A stretch of DNA of 64,000 bases from Octopus vulgaris (GCA_951406725.2 OX597814.1:95294001-95358000), one strand, 5' to 3'. Positions 39,156-54,409 are shown, numbered from the stretch's first letter. Numbers and translations: made by a program. The notes: generated by a model not told the origin, from the letters alone.

Positions 39156-39705
39156 AGGCAGAAGCAGCAGCAGCAACTAGAACTTTTATGTAGTTAAAAG
39201 AACTTATAAATTGAAGAGTAGTGGTGCACCTGAGCATTGTATACAATAATTTCATCATTGTTGGTGTCAGTGCTGTTGTTATTACTACTGTTATTCTATT
39301 GTAAGTTACCCTTACTCATAATTCATATTATTGTTGTTCCAAGGTATACACCTTGTCCTTTTCTCCCAGTAACAATAGATGGGCCAGTTGTTCACATATT
39401 ACCTTAATATTTCCATTCCATTGTGCTTCAAATTGATTTGGAGTTTTGATGGTTGGTAAAATGGAAATATTTTAATGCACTTTACATGTTTGGCATTTGT
39501 TTATTTAAGATCCAGAGAAAGATGCTGTATTTCTATACAAAGAGATCAGTTCAATTTCTAGGGACATATTTTATTTATTTGATGGGGGTATTCTTTTAGA
39601 GGCCTTTGTAAAAGGTTTCCATATGAAATGGAAGTATGTTGAATTAATGCCTGTTGATGGTTACATTACAGTTTCCTAAGCATTTGTCATCATTATCATC
39701 ATCAG

Positions 39706-39736
<31 letters not shown>

Positions 39737-41772
39737 TAAAACATCGCACAGTATCCAATATTGTGACGTTGTTGATTGAAGATAATTATCATTATTGTTA
39801 TTATTATTAAGGCGGGGATCTGGCAGAATCATTACCATGCCAGGCAAAATGCTTTGTGGCATTTCATCCATCTTTATGTTCTGAGTTCAAATTCTGCTGA
39901 GGTTGATTTTGCTTTTCATCCTTTTGGGGGTCAATGAATTAAGTACCAGTGAAACACTAGGTTGATGTAATCGACCAGCACCCTTCCCCAAAAATTTCAG
40001 GCCTTGTGCCTATAAGAGAAAGGATTATTATTATCATCATCATTATTAAAGGTGGCAAGCTAGTAGAACTATTAGCACACTGGAGAAAATACTAAACAGT
40101 ATTTCTTCTAGTTCTTTAAATTCTGTGTTCAAATTCCACCAAGACTGACTCTGTCTGTCATTTTTTCAGGGTTGATAAAATAAAGTACCAGGTAAGTACT
40201 GAAGTTCATACAATCAACTAACCCACTTCTTCTAAAATTAATGACCTTGTGCCAAAATTTGAAACCATCATCATCATCATCATCTTTTAACATCCATTGT
40301 CCATGCTGGCATGTGTCGGATGGTTTGACCAGAGCTGGTAAGCTGGGGAGCTGTACCAGACTTCAATCTGATTTGGCATGGTTTCTGCGGCTAGATGTCC
40401 TTCCTAACACCAACCACTTTACAGAGTGTGCAGGGTGCTTTTACTTGATATATAAATAGACATACATGATTAGTTTCTGCACAGTTTCCACTAATGAAAT
40501 TCACTCACATGGCATTAATCAGCCTGGACCTGGTCCTATAGTAGAAGATTCTTGTTCGAGGTGCTGTGCAATAGGACTGAACTCTAAACCACATAACTGC
40601 AAAGCAAACCTCTTAACCACACAGCCATACCTTCACACAATATAAACAATTACTTCATTAAAGCAGTGCTCCAGCATGGCTGCACTCAAAATGACTGAAA
40701 CAAGTAAAAGAATATATATATAAATTACCATTACTACCATTACTCTTTTAGTCCCAATACATCCACCCAGGGGTTTGTGAATGAGGTGTAGAGGAAAAGG
40801 ACCAAATGTCCATTACAATGAAGTATATAGCAGAGGTGGGTAATTTGTAAATGGAAAATAGAACAGAAGGGTTGGCTGGTTAGCTACAAGTTACAATGTT
40901 GATATTACTAAGTGAGCTTATTTTGTATACAGTTTGCCAGAGATTTTGCTCTACATACAGACATTAGCACACCACATTCACATACGTAAATACACAAGCA
41001 TAGATAAATACGTATATAAACATACAGGTATGAATGTTGCTGTGTACACGTACACACACATATACGACAATATGATTTTCTAACTCCTTAGTACCATGAG
41101 TGGCTTTTTGTAATTCTGACAATGTTTATTTTACCCTATATTGACAAGTTGAACAAATAATGATCTATAATGGGTTTTTTTCAAATACACACGGATTTGT
41201 ATATACACATACACACATATATAAATACTATTTTATTATAGCCAAAAAAAGTTTTTACAAACATAGGCAGAGGTGTGTGCCTGTGAATATATGTAAGTGT
41301 ATGTCATTTTCAAACGGACGTACAGGCAGACACAGGGAAGGCAAGGTTAAAAAGATTACTCTCCAGCCTTATGGTCCCAGGTTTGATCCTGCAGTATGAA
41401 ACCCTTGACAAGTGCCTAATCTTGAAGTCCCTAATTGACCCTCTGAGTAGAATTTAATGAACGTTAACCATGTTAAAGCTCATCACATTTATGCATGTAT
41501 GTACTTATGTATCAATGCTCATATGTAGATACATGCATATGTATGTTTGGATGCAGGCTTGCATGTATATTTCTGGACATTCTTTTATTCTTTTATATGT
41601 TTCAGCCCAAAGTCTGTGGCCATGGTGGAGCACTTGTGTGTATGTAAGTAGGTGTGCATATATATATATATATAGTTAATCCAAACAAGGAAGCACAAAA
41701 AAACACAACAACGCGAGGACGTGGAACAAATATAGTATTATTGGACGCTCAGGAAAGAAAGAAAGAAGGAGA

Positions 41773-41807
41773 GTTTAATGTTTCGAGCGGAGCTCTTCGT
41801 CGGAAAC
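41773..41807 (-). ncRNA. Minimal type I hammerhead-like motif (CCGACGA core variant)
   Basis: Minus strand: GTTT-CCGACGA-a GAGC tcc GCTC-GAAA-CA-TT-AAAC; host element about 41674-41884 lies between two (TA)n tracts. Confidence 0.6.
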
Positions 41808-41881
41808 ATAGAAGGAAAGATCCAGAGAAGGGAAGACAGAGGAAAAAAATCGCCAACGGTACACACGCAGTCACATTTTGA

Positions 41882-41922
<41 letters not shown>

Positions 41923-42027
41923 TACAGCTTGAAATCAAAATTGTGTGCGTGCGTGCATACATGTATGTGTGTGTGAGCATACATGGTGTGTGTGTATGTG
42001 TGCATGCATGCATGTGTGTGTGTACCA

Positions 42028-42129
42028 ATCCCAAATTGTTGTGATTAGTGTTTTGAAATGGTTTCTGACAGCTGAACTGCTCCTGGACCTTAGGCATTGT
42101 TAATGAGATTGATGTGCAGGGGAATGGTG

Positions 42130-42182
<53 letters not shown>

Positions 42183-43473
42183 CAGTCTATGGGTGCATAG
42201 GAGGTGCAGTGGGTTCACAGGAAGGTTAACAGAGAAAGTTGACTTTATAGCAGATGCATAATACCAATAAACACTAAGAACACATAGGAAAGAGATTTTC
42301 TCAAATGCCAAGGAGGGTCCTTAGAGATAGTGGATAGTTTCTGTTACCTAGGTGACCTAATTAACAGTGGAGGAGGATGTTCTGAAAGTATAGTTGCTGG
42401 ATATGAACAAGCTAGATAAAGTTCAGAGAGCTATTGCCTCTGCTAGTAACCAAAGCTTCTCTCTCAGGGTGAAAGGCAAGTTGTATAACGCTTGGCTATG
42501 AACTGCAATGCTATTTGGTTGTGAGACATGGGCTGTGAATGCAGAGTATATGCAATGACTAGAAAGAAATGAAGCTAGTATGGTCCACTGGATCTGCAAT
42601 GTTAGTGTGTACAACAAATTGTGTGTATGTGTGGGTGTGTTTTGTGTGTATGTGATGGGCTTCAGCATAGTTTCTGTTTAAAAAATTCCACTCACAAGGA
42701 ATTGGCCAACTAGAGGCCACAGGAGGAGATACATGCCATAGGTGCCACACATGATGAGATTGAACCCAAAACTTCTTAACAACACATCACTGCATACACC
42801 ATCATTTAGACCAAGAAACAAATCGGTTTTTCATGAAACACACACACACACATTCATGGATACATATATATATATACATATATACAATAGGCTTCTTTCA
42901 GTTTCCATCTACCAAATCCATTCATAAGGCTTGTGTTGGCCCGAAGCCATAAAAGATACTTGCCCAAGGTGCCACTCAATGGGACTGAACCCAAGGCCAT
43001 ATGTTAGGAAGCAAGCTTCTTACCACACAGCCAAACCTGCATGTACATATGACCATTTCTATAAAAAGAAATATGCTATTCAGTGGAAGGTCCATCTTGC
43101 AGAAGCTTAGCTTAAATTCTTCTCTTATTATCCCAAGTATATTCCATAAAGTTGACATGCCAAAAACAATTATAATTCCAACAAATATTCTTTGCTGTAT
43201 TATTAAGGTCAATTAATTTAATGACATACCTTCACAACAATATGCTCAGCATGATTTTGAACTCAGAAAGTTGAGGGTCGAAAATTAAATACCATAATAC
43301 AATTAGGCCAAAATTTAGTCTACTGCCTGTACCCCACCTTCTTTTTACACCACCACCCACCTCTTTCTACCACACACCACTCTCATTAATAATGATAATC
43401 TAATCTCTTAAGGTCCAAGAGCAGTTCAGAAGTCAGAAACCATTTCAAAACACTAATCACAACAATTTGGGAT
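42028..43473. repeat. Dispersed inverted repeat, 65-bp arms about 1.3 kb apart
   Basis: 42028-42092 pairs with 43409-43473, three mismatches. Confidence 0.8.
42178..42610 (+). mobile_element. Degenerate RTE RT fragment
   Basis: LWVHRRCSGFTGRLTEKVDF, LEIVDSFCYLGDLINSGGGCSESIVA and KFRELLPLLVTK align with ORF 6123-7343, including part of the zinc-finger insert. Confidence 0.85.
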
Positions 43474-44014
43474 CAGTGGAGGGGACACACAAAAAAAAAA
43501 ATGAAGTTTGGCATTTCAAGTTGTAAGTCAGCCAGAATTTTCTACCCTGTACCCACCACACTCGTAGCATTCATTACTTGACAGAAAAATGTTTTCATGC
43601 TAGAATTTCTTTGCATTAATGTCATTTTCCTCTAGAAAGATTTCTCTTGGTTGGCTACTGTAGCTTCAGGCCTAAGCGAGTTGCCTTTGATAAGCTTCTA
43701 CAAGCATATCAAAATATGTACATATGCATATGTTACACACACACACACATATATATATATGCCTCTGTGTCTGTGTGTATAAACATGCACACACACTATA
43801 TATACACATATACACACATACATATACATATATACACATACATATACATATATGCACACACACATATGTATACATCTACATATATATATATAACATTTAT
43901 ACACACGCACATATTTAGTGCATAATCTGATATTGTTGCTTGCTTTGTTTGCTCTCCTTTTTATCATGTACTTCAGTTCTCTCTTTTATATATATATATG
44001 TGTGTATATATATA

Positions 44015-44078
<64 letters not shown>

Positions 44079-44147
44079 CATATATCATATATATATATAT
44101 ATATAGCATATATCATATATATATATATATATATATATATAGCATAT

Positions 44148-44182
<35 letters not shown>

Positions 44183-44262
44183 TACAAATAAATTCTCTTA
44201 ACAAGTTTCATTAAAAATTAACTCAAGATCTTCACTCATCCAAACTAATGATATAAACTGGA

Positions 44263-44381
<119 letters not shown>

Positions 44382-44983
44382 CAGTTCAACTATTGAAAAA
44401 TAAAGGAAAAGGAAACCATTTTACCAAAAAATACACTGAATGAAATAATTTCATAATATGAAGAAAAAGTTAAAATCTGAAAAATTTAATAAAATTATGA
44501 AGTCATATTTGATGACTTAATGATTTAATTAATGACTTAATGATAAAGTCAGTTCTACCAGTTATCAATGATCACATACATAAGTTGCAGGTGAAGGGGG
44601 GAAGTTGTAATAAATGGTTCATCTCCGACTAGAATCAAAATTATGAATAAGATTTAGTAGAACTACATCTCAACATATTTTCATAAATTTTAAGTCTATA
44701 TTTAACAATTCATGCAAACATACATACCTCATACTGCATGTGAGAAAGGAGGAACAGAGATAATGCTTCAAATAGTATATATGTACATATTTTGATATAT
44801 TCTATTATTTTCCATGTGTATATAATATATACGCACATTTACATACACACGTGTGCATGCACACACACATACATACACATGCACATATGTCTAAGTATCA
44901 CTTTATTGACCAGTATAGCCATGTACATATATAAGTGTGTGTGTGTGTGTATGTATATGTGTGTGTATGTATGTGTGTGTGAA

Positions 44984-45114
44984 TAGATAGACAGACAGAT
45001 GGGCAGACATGCAGGCAGACAGACAGATAGACAGGTAGATTGATAGACAGATAACTAGACAGACAGTTAGATAAGTAGACAGACAGACAGATGGTTAGAT
45101 AAGTAGATAGATAA

Positions 45115-45151
<37 letters not shown>

Positions 45152-45345
45152 TAGATAGATAGATAGATAGATAGACTGATAGATACATACATACATACAT
45201 ACATACATAGATATCCAGACAGACAGACAGACAGATAGATAGATAGATAGACAGGTAGATAGATAGACTGATAGATAGATAGATTGATAGATAGATAGAC
45301 TGATAGATAGATAGATAGATCGATAGATAGACATAGATAGATAGA
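44984..45345. repeat. Compound (GATA)n/(GACA)n microsatellite
   Basis: About 360 bp of mixed tetranucleotide repeats. Confidence 0.9.
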
Positions 45346-46810
45346 TGATGGTGATGCTGATGATAACGATACAAGGCAGTGCTCCAGTATGGCCACGGTC
45401 AAATGAATGAAACAAATAAAAGAATAAATGAGTGTGTGTGAGAGAGTGCACATGCATATGTGTGCTTGAATGCATGTGCATGTGTAAATGCACGTGTCTA
45501 TGTTTATTCTTGTCTTGATATTGCACACTAGCTGTAAACAAGCATCACTGTCATACAAGCGGAGTCAATTATTTTCAATCTTCCATGAAAACATGTCCGC
45601 TTGTTGTGTTGTTTGTGTCTGAAAGGAGCAAGGTAGGTATTGCCCTGCTTAGAAACAGATGAGGAAACGCATCAGGCTGTAGAAAAATCTGTCTCATCCA
45701 ACCCATAACAAGCATGGGAAAAAGTGGACATTGTAGTGGTGGTGGTGGTGGTATTGCTAGTGATGCTGGTGGTGATGGTATTGGTAGTGCTGGTTGTTGT
45801 GGTACTGGTAGTGGTGGGGGAAGAGGGAACTGGAGAAACAACAGTATTTGTGATGATGGTGGTGGTGGCGGCGGGGGGGGGGGGGGGCACGGTGGCAGCA
45901 GTGGTGATGGTGATGATGATGGGGGGAGGGCATGGAGTGGAGGAAGAAAGGGGAAGGTATGAAGGAATGGAGAGGAGGAAGAGAAAGAATGGGAAGGGCG
46001 AGAGGGGAAGAAGAGAGGAAGGAGGAAGGGGAGGAAGAGTAGGAAAGGGAGAAAAATGAGGGCAAGGGGGAGGAGAGAAGGCACAGCAAACTGTTTTAAC
46101 TTTATTGTCAATGCAGTTAAATGAGTAGTTTTTCTCTGATTCAGTTGTTACACAATAGCAGTAAATACAATAATTGTCACAATAACGGTTGAACCGACAA
46201 CCATTTGGTCAAGTGGCAAAGCAACTTCACTTTACTGCCAATGCGATGCACACAACATAGTGACATTGAACCTATGAAAGTGCATTAGAGACAAACACAT
46301 AAAATATGAAGTGAACACTCTGTCTGGTAAACCTACCTAGATGTTGTATGTTATCAATTTTCACAATCCAATGAAAGCAAAATATATTTTTAAAAAAGCC
46401 AAAGGAATGAGATGTCAACCCTTGAGAAAACAAACTATGAAAAAACAATTGGCCCATATGGAGCAATGGGACTTCAATTTCACACTTGAGTAATCACAAC
46501 AGCATAAAACAGAAACCAACAGTAATTCATTATGTTTTAACTTGCCAACCTGCAAGTCTTTAAATATATTTCTTACCTTAAGAAAAAAGAATACATATAT
46601 ATATATATAACTTGAAGGTTTACTCATTGCATTAGGGAATTATAATAAGCAGCTTTAATATGGGTTTTTTTCCGTCAACAATATAGCACTTAGGAAAACA
46701 AGAATGTTGGTAGACTTAACGCGTAGGGGAGAGCTTAGTATTTACTCGGATCATTTATCTCACTATATGTATGCATATGGTAAACTTCTATCTCTTTCTC
46801 TCTCTCCCTC

Positions 46811-46852
<42 letters not shown>

Positions 46853-46953
46853 TTCAGTAAAATTTAGATTCAGTTGAATATGGTACTTAAGTTAAAGGCA
46901 CCTGAATTTGGTATGGTATTATCCATATAATTCAAAATGGGGTGATTACAATC

Positions 46954-47014
46954 AAAATAAGCAACAAGGATATCCAGAGGTAATGCATATCTGGATATCC
47001 TTGTTGCTTATTTT
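46954..47014. repeat. Perfect 25-bp hairpin ending a short insert in (TA)n
   Basis: 46954-46978 pairs with 46990-47014; insert spans about 46850-47020 between (TA)n tracts. Confidence 0.85.
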
Positions 47015-47327
47015 AATTGTTTTATATATATATGTATGTATATATACATATATTCCACAAATGCAGGTTTGAGTACTCATTCTCACTGTTCACCACTAAC
47101 ATGTATGTATATGTATATATATATATATATATATATAAAGCACCCACTACACTCTCGGAGTGGTTGGCATTAGGAAGGGCATCCAGCTGTAGAAACTCTG
47201 CCAGATCAAGATTGGAGCCTGGTGCAGCCATCAGGTTCGCCAGTCCTTAGTCAAATTGTCTAACCCATGCTAGCATGGCAAGCGGACGTTAAACGATGAT
47301 AATGATGATGATGTATGTGTGTGTATG

Positions 47328-47437
<110 letters not shown>

Positions 47438-49587
47438 TAAACATATATACACAGATATGTGCATTATAATAGTTATTATTGAAATACATCAATACAATAA
47501 GCTCGACTAAATCTACTGAATATACAACTGTACATAAATGTATGTATCTAAAGATATATATATATTTGTCAATCTCGTGACAACCTTAGTAATTAGATCC
47601 AAATGCAATTAACTGAATTTACAAAGCAGGCAATAAATTTTGATATTCTTGAAAATATTGACAGTAGTAAAGTATTATGGCTATGTTATTCATGCATTGG
47701 TTATATAAAACAGGAATAAAATATATTTTTACTTATGGTACATCTTGTATACACTTAATTTATGTATGTTCCACCCTGTCCATTTCTTTTTTTTTTTTTT
47801 TTTTGGTATGTATCTGCAAAATAAGCGTTTCACTATGATGCTTGCAAATTCCATTTGAAATATTTCGATTACACAATGAGGTTTTCCAATTCCCTTTGGT
47901 ATTCTTCAATTACCCAGGCTTAGCCAGATTCATACATCTCTACAATGACTTTCACACACTTTGAATTACTCAATCAGAACAACAGGATCATGCAGATTAA
48001 ATAAAAATAGTGAGGCAATCACAAGCTAATTCAGTTGATAAAGTAAACAACAATAAAGCATCCATTCACTTCTTGATTCTACTTTTTTCTACAAATTTTA
48101 TTTCTACAAGGAAGATTTATTTATCGCAGAATGTTTATAAAGCAATTAAATACAAGATAAAAACACATTGAAATCAGAACTTAAACAGATTTTAATCCTT
48201 TGATATAGCAAGAGAAACATAAATGTTTTTGACTCATTTGTTATTGATTTCTTTGTAAACATGAAGTTCTGACTACTTAAGCATGAAAAAGGAAGGATCA
48301 AAATCATTTTATTTACATGAAATCTTGTAAATGTTCTTTTACATGCTACATTTTGCCCAATTTATGCTCAAAATTAAAAATAAAAAAGATCTTATGCAAT
48401 CACTCAAAATTGATATTGTTTGCATATGCATTTTACCAAAACAATCTTACATAGATATAATGCTAAACTGCTCAGTATTTTCAAAATGTATGCTTTTAAC
48501 AAAATGATGTAATTAAGATTGACTGAAATAGCATACATGTATTTGTATATGTATAAGTATGTGAGGACACATGGCGTAGTGGTAATGCAGTTGCACTTAC
48601 AATTGCAAGATCAAAGTTTCAATTCCTACACTGGGTGGTGCATCGTGTTCTTGAGCATCATCATCATCATCATCATTGTTTAGCATCCGCTTTCCATGCT
48701 AGCATGGGCTGGATTATTCGACTGAGGACTGGCAAACCAGATGGCTGCACCAGGCTCCAATCTTGATCTGGCAGAGTTTCTACAGCTGGATACCCTTCCT
48801 AATGCCAACCACTCCGAGAGTGTAATGGGTGCTTTTACGTGCCACCGGCACGCGGGCCAGTCAGACGGTACTGGCAACAGCCACGCTCAAATGTTGTTTT
48901 TTATGTGCCACCTGCACATTATATATATATAATGACCTCGCTTGACTGCAATCACTTCGACACCTGATGCATGGTACACCATGCACCTCTTCAGGCAACA
49001 TTGATTTGATGGAAGGAGTGAGCTAATGTACAGCACATACATTTGATCACGATAAGCAAATCCTTTGTGCAGGTTGTTCAGCAAAAGTTGAAAGCTCATA
49101 CATCATCCTCAATGGGAGAGTCCATCATATGTATGTGTATTTGTGTGTGTGTGTGTATCTATCTACATGCTATCCATGCTATCAGGCACCACTAGGAACA
49201 GATGGTTGACAAATAACTGAATTTTCTGGATTATCTGAACACAACATTTTAAATTATTATAGCACTTTACAAAACTCATTAACACTATCTGAAGAGATCC
49301 TGTACAGCTAAGTGCTTTATAGATATGAAACCCAGTGTAACCCCATAGACCAGCCATAACTATCCTCATCTAATTACTCTATAACTTAGAGTGTGCTTCT
49401 CTTTCAGATTTATGATTTACTGATGATATATATATATATATATATATAAATTAGAGAAGAACCACCATGTAGCAATTCAACAATGATATAATTAAAACAT
49501 ATCATATAGAAAAACATTAATTATACACATTTACCTAGAACTAAATAAAGTACAAAATAATAAAGAAATAGTATAGAATTAGTAAAT

Positions 49588-49670
49588 AGACTACACATGT
49601 TTCGTGGCTATATTTTCCAACTTATAACAGTAAAATCAATTCAATTTAAATATAGTCACTCATCAGGTCT
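49588..49670 (-). ncRNA. Type I hammerhead ribozyme, long stem II
   Basis: Minus strand: AGAC-CTGATGA-GTGACTATATTT...AAATATAGCCAC-GAAA-CATGTG-TA-GTCT; canonical core, 11 of 12 stem II pairs, ACATGT palindrome, GUA triplet. Confidence 0.85.
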
Positions 49671-49799
49671 TTAATTGTTTTTATTTGTTTTTTCCTTGCC
49701 ATAGCTTATATTCAGATGCAGCTCGAAGATAATAATTACAGTAAAGAAAGAAATATATAATCGACAGCTCCACTGGTTTTTCTCAACAAAATTATTATT

Positions 49800-49859
<60 letters not shown>

Positions 49860-50377
49860 CATCAGTATTATCATTAATATTCAGAAATAATCAGAATACA
49901 TAAAAAATGAGAGAAATAGGAAGAAATGAAAGTATAATTTAAGTAAAGAACAACTTATATTAGCCTAATAAAATAGAGGTACTGCAAATGCAGTAAAATA
50001 AAATACTGTACTGTAGTTTGAAAAGCAACAATCCATTTTAGTTACAGTAGAAAATTTCTTTTAATGACAAATTAATTAACACAAATGTTTTTGACTCTAA
50101 TTAACATTTTTTTTTTTCATTTTTTCTGGATGCTGGCTGCTTAAGAATTCCAATTATGAGCAGGGGTAAAAAATTCCATTTTTTTGTGAATATGTACCTT
50201 TGTAATGTAATTATTTCTATTGTCTTTAATTGTTTTTATTTGTTTTTTCTTTGCCATAGTTTATATTCAAATGCAGCTCGAAGATAATGATTAAAGTAAA
50301 GAAAGAAATATATAAACAACAGCTCCACTGTTTTTCTCAACAAAATATTCTCTACAATGACACATGGTTTCTATATT

Positions 50378-50783
50378 CTTTTCTACTCTAGGCACAAAGT
50401 TCTAAATTTTTTTTTGGGGGGGGGTGAGAACCAGTCAATTAGATTGACCAGTATGTAACTGGTACTTAATTTATCGACCTCAAAAGGATGAAAGGCAAAT
50501 TTGACCTTGGCAGAATTTGAACACAAAACATAGACAGACGAAATACCTATTTCTTTACTACCTACAAGGGGCTAAACACAGAAGGGACAAACAAGGACAG
50601 ACAAATGGATTAAGTCAATTATATCAACCCCAGTGCATAACTGGTACTTATTTAATCGACCCTGAAAAGATGAAAGCCAAAATCGACCTCGGTGGAATTT
50701 GAACTCAGAACGTAGCAGCAGACAAAATACCACTAAGCATTTCGCCTGGCATGCTAACGTCTCTGTTAGCTCACCGCCTTCAT
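50378..50783 (-). mobile_element. Dimeric SINE family A copy
   Basis: Two core units with different tails enclosed by one 14-bp TSD, ATGGTTTCTATATT (50364-50377, 50784-50797). Confidence 0.8.
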
Positions 50784-50985
50784 ATGGTTTCTATATTGCA
50801 GTCAATAAAAGTTTGAACATATTCATACACATATACAAATGTTTTCACATATGCAAACATATATATGATATATATATATATATATATACATACATACACA
50901 CATATAATTATTACTAATAATAACAAGTATGGAGACTTGTACATCCACAAAATTTATTTTATAGTTATATACAGTATATCATAAT

Positions 50986-51060
50986 GACCTACACATGTTT
51001 CTGCTATTCACTATTGTAAACGCAACTTTGCAATACAGTCAGTGCAGCTTCAACAGGATC
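50986..51060 (-). ncRNA. Degenerate hammerhead ribozyme
   Basis: Minus strand: GATC-CTGTTGA-a GCTG...TAGC a-GAAA-CATGTG-TA-GGTC; one core substitution. Confidence 0.55.
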
Positions 51061-52476
51061 CATCCATTTGGTCATTAGTCACAGACGTTAAATACTGATC
51101 ATTGTGGTTAACTGTTTACTGGAACTTAACAGAGAGCTAATACCGTATCCGCCCAGATAATATATCCCTCCAAGCTCACTTATGTATACATATACATATT
51201 TATGTATATATACATACATACATACATACATATATATATATATATACTCACACACACACAAAATCAGCCATGAACAGATGTATTTGCAAAAGGTGTTTTT
51301 ATGAATACGTTATAAGATTAGATAGCTGTGTATTGCTACACTTGGAGTAAAGTGGTGAGGGGGACATAAGCACTGATCTGTACAAGTTAAACAAATAGAG
51401 AATACAAGAAAACATTGTAATTTAAGACAAAAAAAAATAGAAGTTGGTAGATGATGGTAAAGATATATAGATATAATATAAGGAAAATATGAAGAATTGA
51501 TAACGCAATCTTTTAAAAGCTTACACCTTATTTCTGATTCTTTATGGTTTTCCAGCAAATCTGGTGATTGTTTGGTTTCTTACGAAGACACGGAACTTTT
51601 CTTTCCCTAATTAGCACACCAGAAGTTGGAATCTCTGGTGAAGCACCTAACTAATCACTTTACAAGATCAAATTCCAGGGTTTTCAAGCTATGAATTTAA
51701 TATAAGAAGCCAGAAGGAAACTGGCTGGCTGATGCTTTTCCCCTCCATAAAGTGTGAATCAAATTTTTTTTCATTTGGTATCGTTGCTGCAGTTGAAACT
51801 CTCAAATTTCAAAACAATGTAGGAATCATTACCACTGCCACAGTCACTATCACCGCCATCACAACTACTACTATCACACAATCATCATCATTATCATCAT
51901 CATCCTCACCACTGTTCTCATTGCTTACGGAGAAGAGGATTAATGTGGAGACATATGTGTAGCAAGACTTCTCCAAGCTCCAAATTTCAATTTAGAACAA
52001 AATCATTTTGCTTACATTGCTAATATCCTCAAGAAAGATATAAATATCACAGTATCTCACAACAACAAGCCAACTAGGAAGCCCCTTTGTATCAGCTCAA
52101 CCTGCAAAAATAGCAGTTAAATCTTTCTCCAATTACACTCTTCCATCATAGAAAAGAGGCACATTGAATAATGTAGTCTTAAGTACACTATGTCTGAAAA
52201 CAAGAAATGATGATTATAGTTACAGAGTCTTCAATCATAGGTTTGCTGGAACAAGGTTGACCTCCTGACCTGGGGCTGAGTTACAACAATAACACTGAAT
52301 GTCAAAAGATAATCCTTTTTTAGGCATGGCTGTGTGGGTAAGAAGTTTACTTTGCAACCATGTAGTTTTGGGTTCAGTCCCACTGCACAGCACTTGGATA
52401 AGCCCCAGGCCACCCAATGCTTGTTGAGTGAATTTAGTAGGTGGAAACTATATGGATTCCCAGCATATTTATATTT

Positions 52477-52542
<66 letters not shown>

Positions 52543-52565
52543 ACATACACACATACATACATACA

Positions 52566-52601
<36 letters not shown>

Positions 52602-54323
52602 TATATTTGTATATGTATGTGCATATGTCTGAGTTTGTTCCCCATCCATTCAGCAAAAGATATCAATAAAGTAAGTACCAGACTTACAGACATAAGTACT
52701 AGGGTCTAGAAGGAATTCAAACAGTAGAAAAGAGATCTGAATAGAAGATGTAAAAACAATGCTGACAATGCAGTGAATAAAACTTATTTTTCTGATACAA
52801 GCATGTAGTTAAAATCTTCAATAATAAAGGAAACTGGAATACTACATTTTGTTAAATATATATTAAATTTGGAATTTATGAGAATTTTCTAGACAGTGTA
52901 CATTTTAATAATTGATTACACTCAGTGAAAGTTAAATATCCATAGCTAATTAATAAGCAGCTTTCTTTATCATAGCATAGATATCCTTTTCACTCATTCT
53001 GTTTGCACAAAGTTCTGTTTACATTGCTCACGTTTTATGGCAATACAGTATCATGCTTCTGACATACATTTAATGATAGAAACAACAGCAATGTTTTGAA
53101 GAGGAAATGAAAAATCAGATCAGATATCCAAGTTTCCGTGTTAGGCTAATTTGAGAAAATCTGATTATTTGAACTATCAAATGTACTGCTTAATGATTTC
53201 TTATATTGGCACCAAGCCATAAATTGACATTATCAGCATCACCACTACCAAATCAACAACAACAACAAAAACTGTTATTATCAGTATAAAATATCTCCTT
53301 ACATACAACAATATCAATTAGGAATTAGGCCAACACATTAGTGGGTAGCCTAATTTACATATTCATGCTTTTGACCAGAAGAACTGAAGTAAATTTACAT
53401 ATTCTAAATCCTCACTATAATTTAAATAAGAATAAGAATGTAAGCACATTTCTTTTATATCATTGAAGTATGACAAAGAGGATGAAGTCTCTTGATGGAT
53501 CATTTCACAGTGTCAAAGAAGACGTATTCAATTTTTGGCAGACTTTGTGTTATTAGATTGTTCCTATTGAATGAAGACGTAAATTCAAAACTTGGTGACT
53601 ATTTTGGTTTTATTAGTACACCCAGAAGAGACTATTTCACTCTAATGGTGGTCTAGAAATGACTTTGAACTCAGAATGTGAACAACCAAAAGGGATCCTG
53701 AAAGGAATCCTGTCTAATATTCTAACAATCCTGCAAATACACTGCCCTGGTCTGGTACTTTATTTATCAACTCAAAAAGGATAAAAGATAAATCCGACCT
53801 CACTGAGATTTGAACTCAGAGTACAGACATCCTAAACAAATATCCACAAGGCATTTAATTTAACACTCTACTGACACTGCTAATTCACTGCATTTAGGAT
53901 TGATACAGTCACTAGTACATATTTTGCATTTATTATATCAATCCAACATGAAATGCAATGGAAATAAGACTATAAGGTACTTGGTCTGGTACTTTACTAT
54001 TTTTGGGCTTCAACTGCCCTTCTTAATGCTAACATACAACTCATTGGCCAGTCTGTTGGTCTTGTTAAGTGAGGAAAGTAAAGTAGCATAACTTGCCCAA
54101 CAACACAGTGTACAGGATGGAGAATAGAAGTTTGAATTCTGAGAGTGGGTGTTTCTTAGAAACAGAAGGAAATGAAATTATTCAAATTGCTTATTTGTTT
54201 GTTTGTTTTCTTATTTGAGAAATGTAAAATGTCCCAAAATGCTAAAGTTTCTTTGCAGCAACCTTTGATGTCCTGAAACATTTAAAATGAAAGCTAAGGA
54301 AATTACACAAACTACACATACAT

Positions 54324-54409
<86 letters not shown>

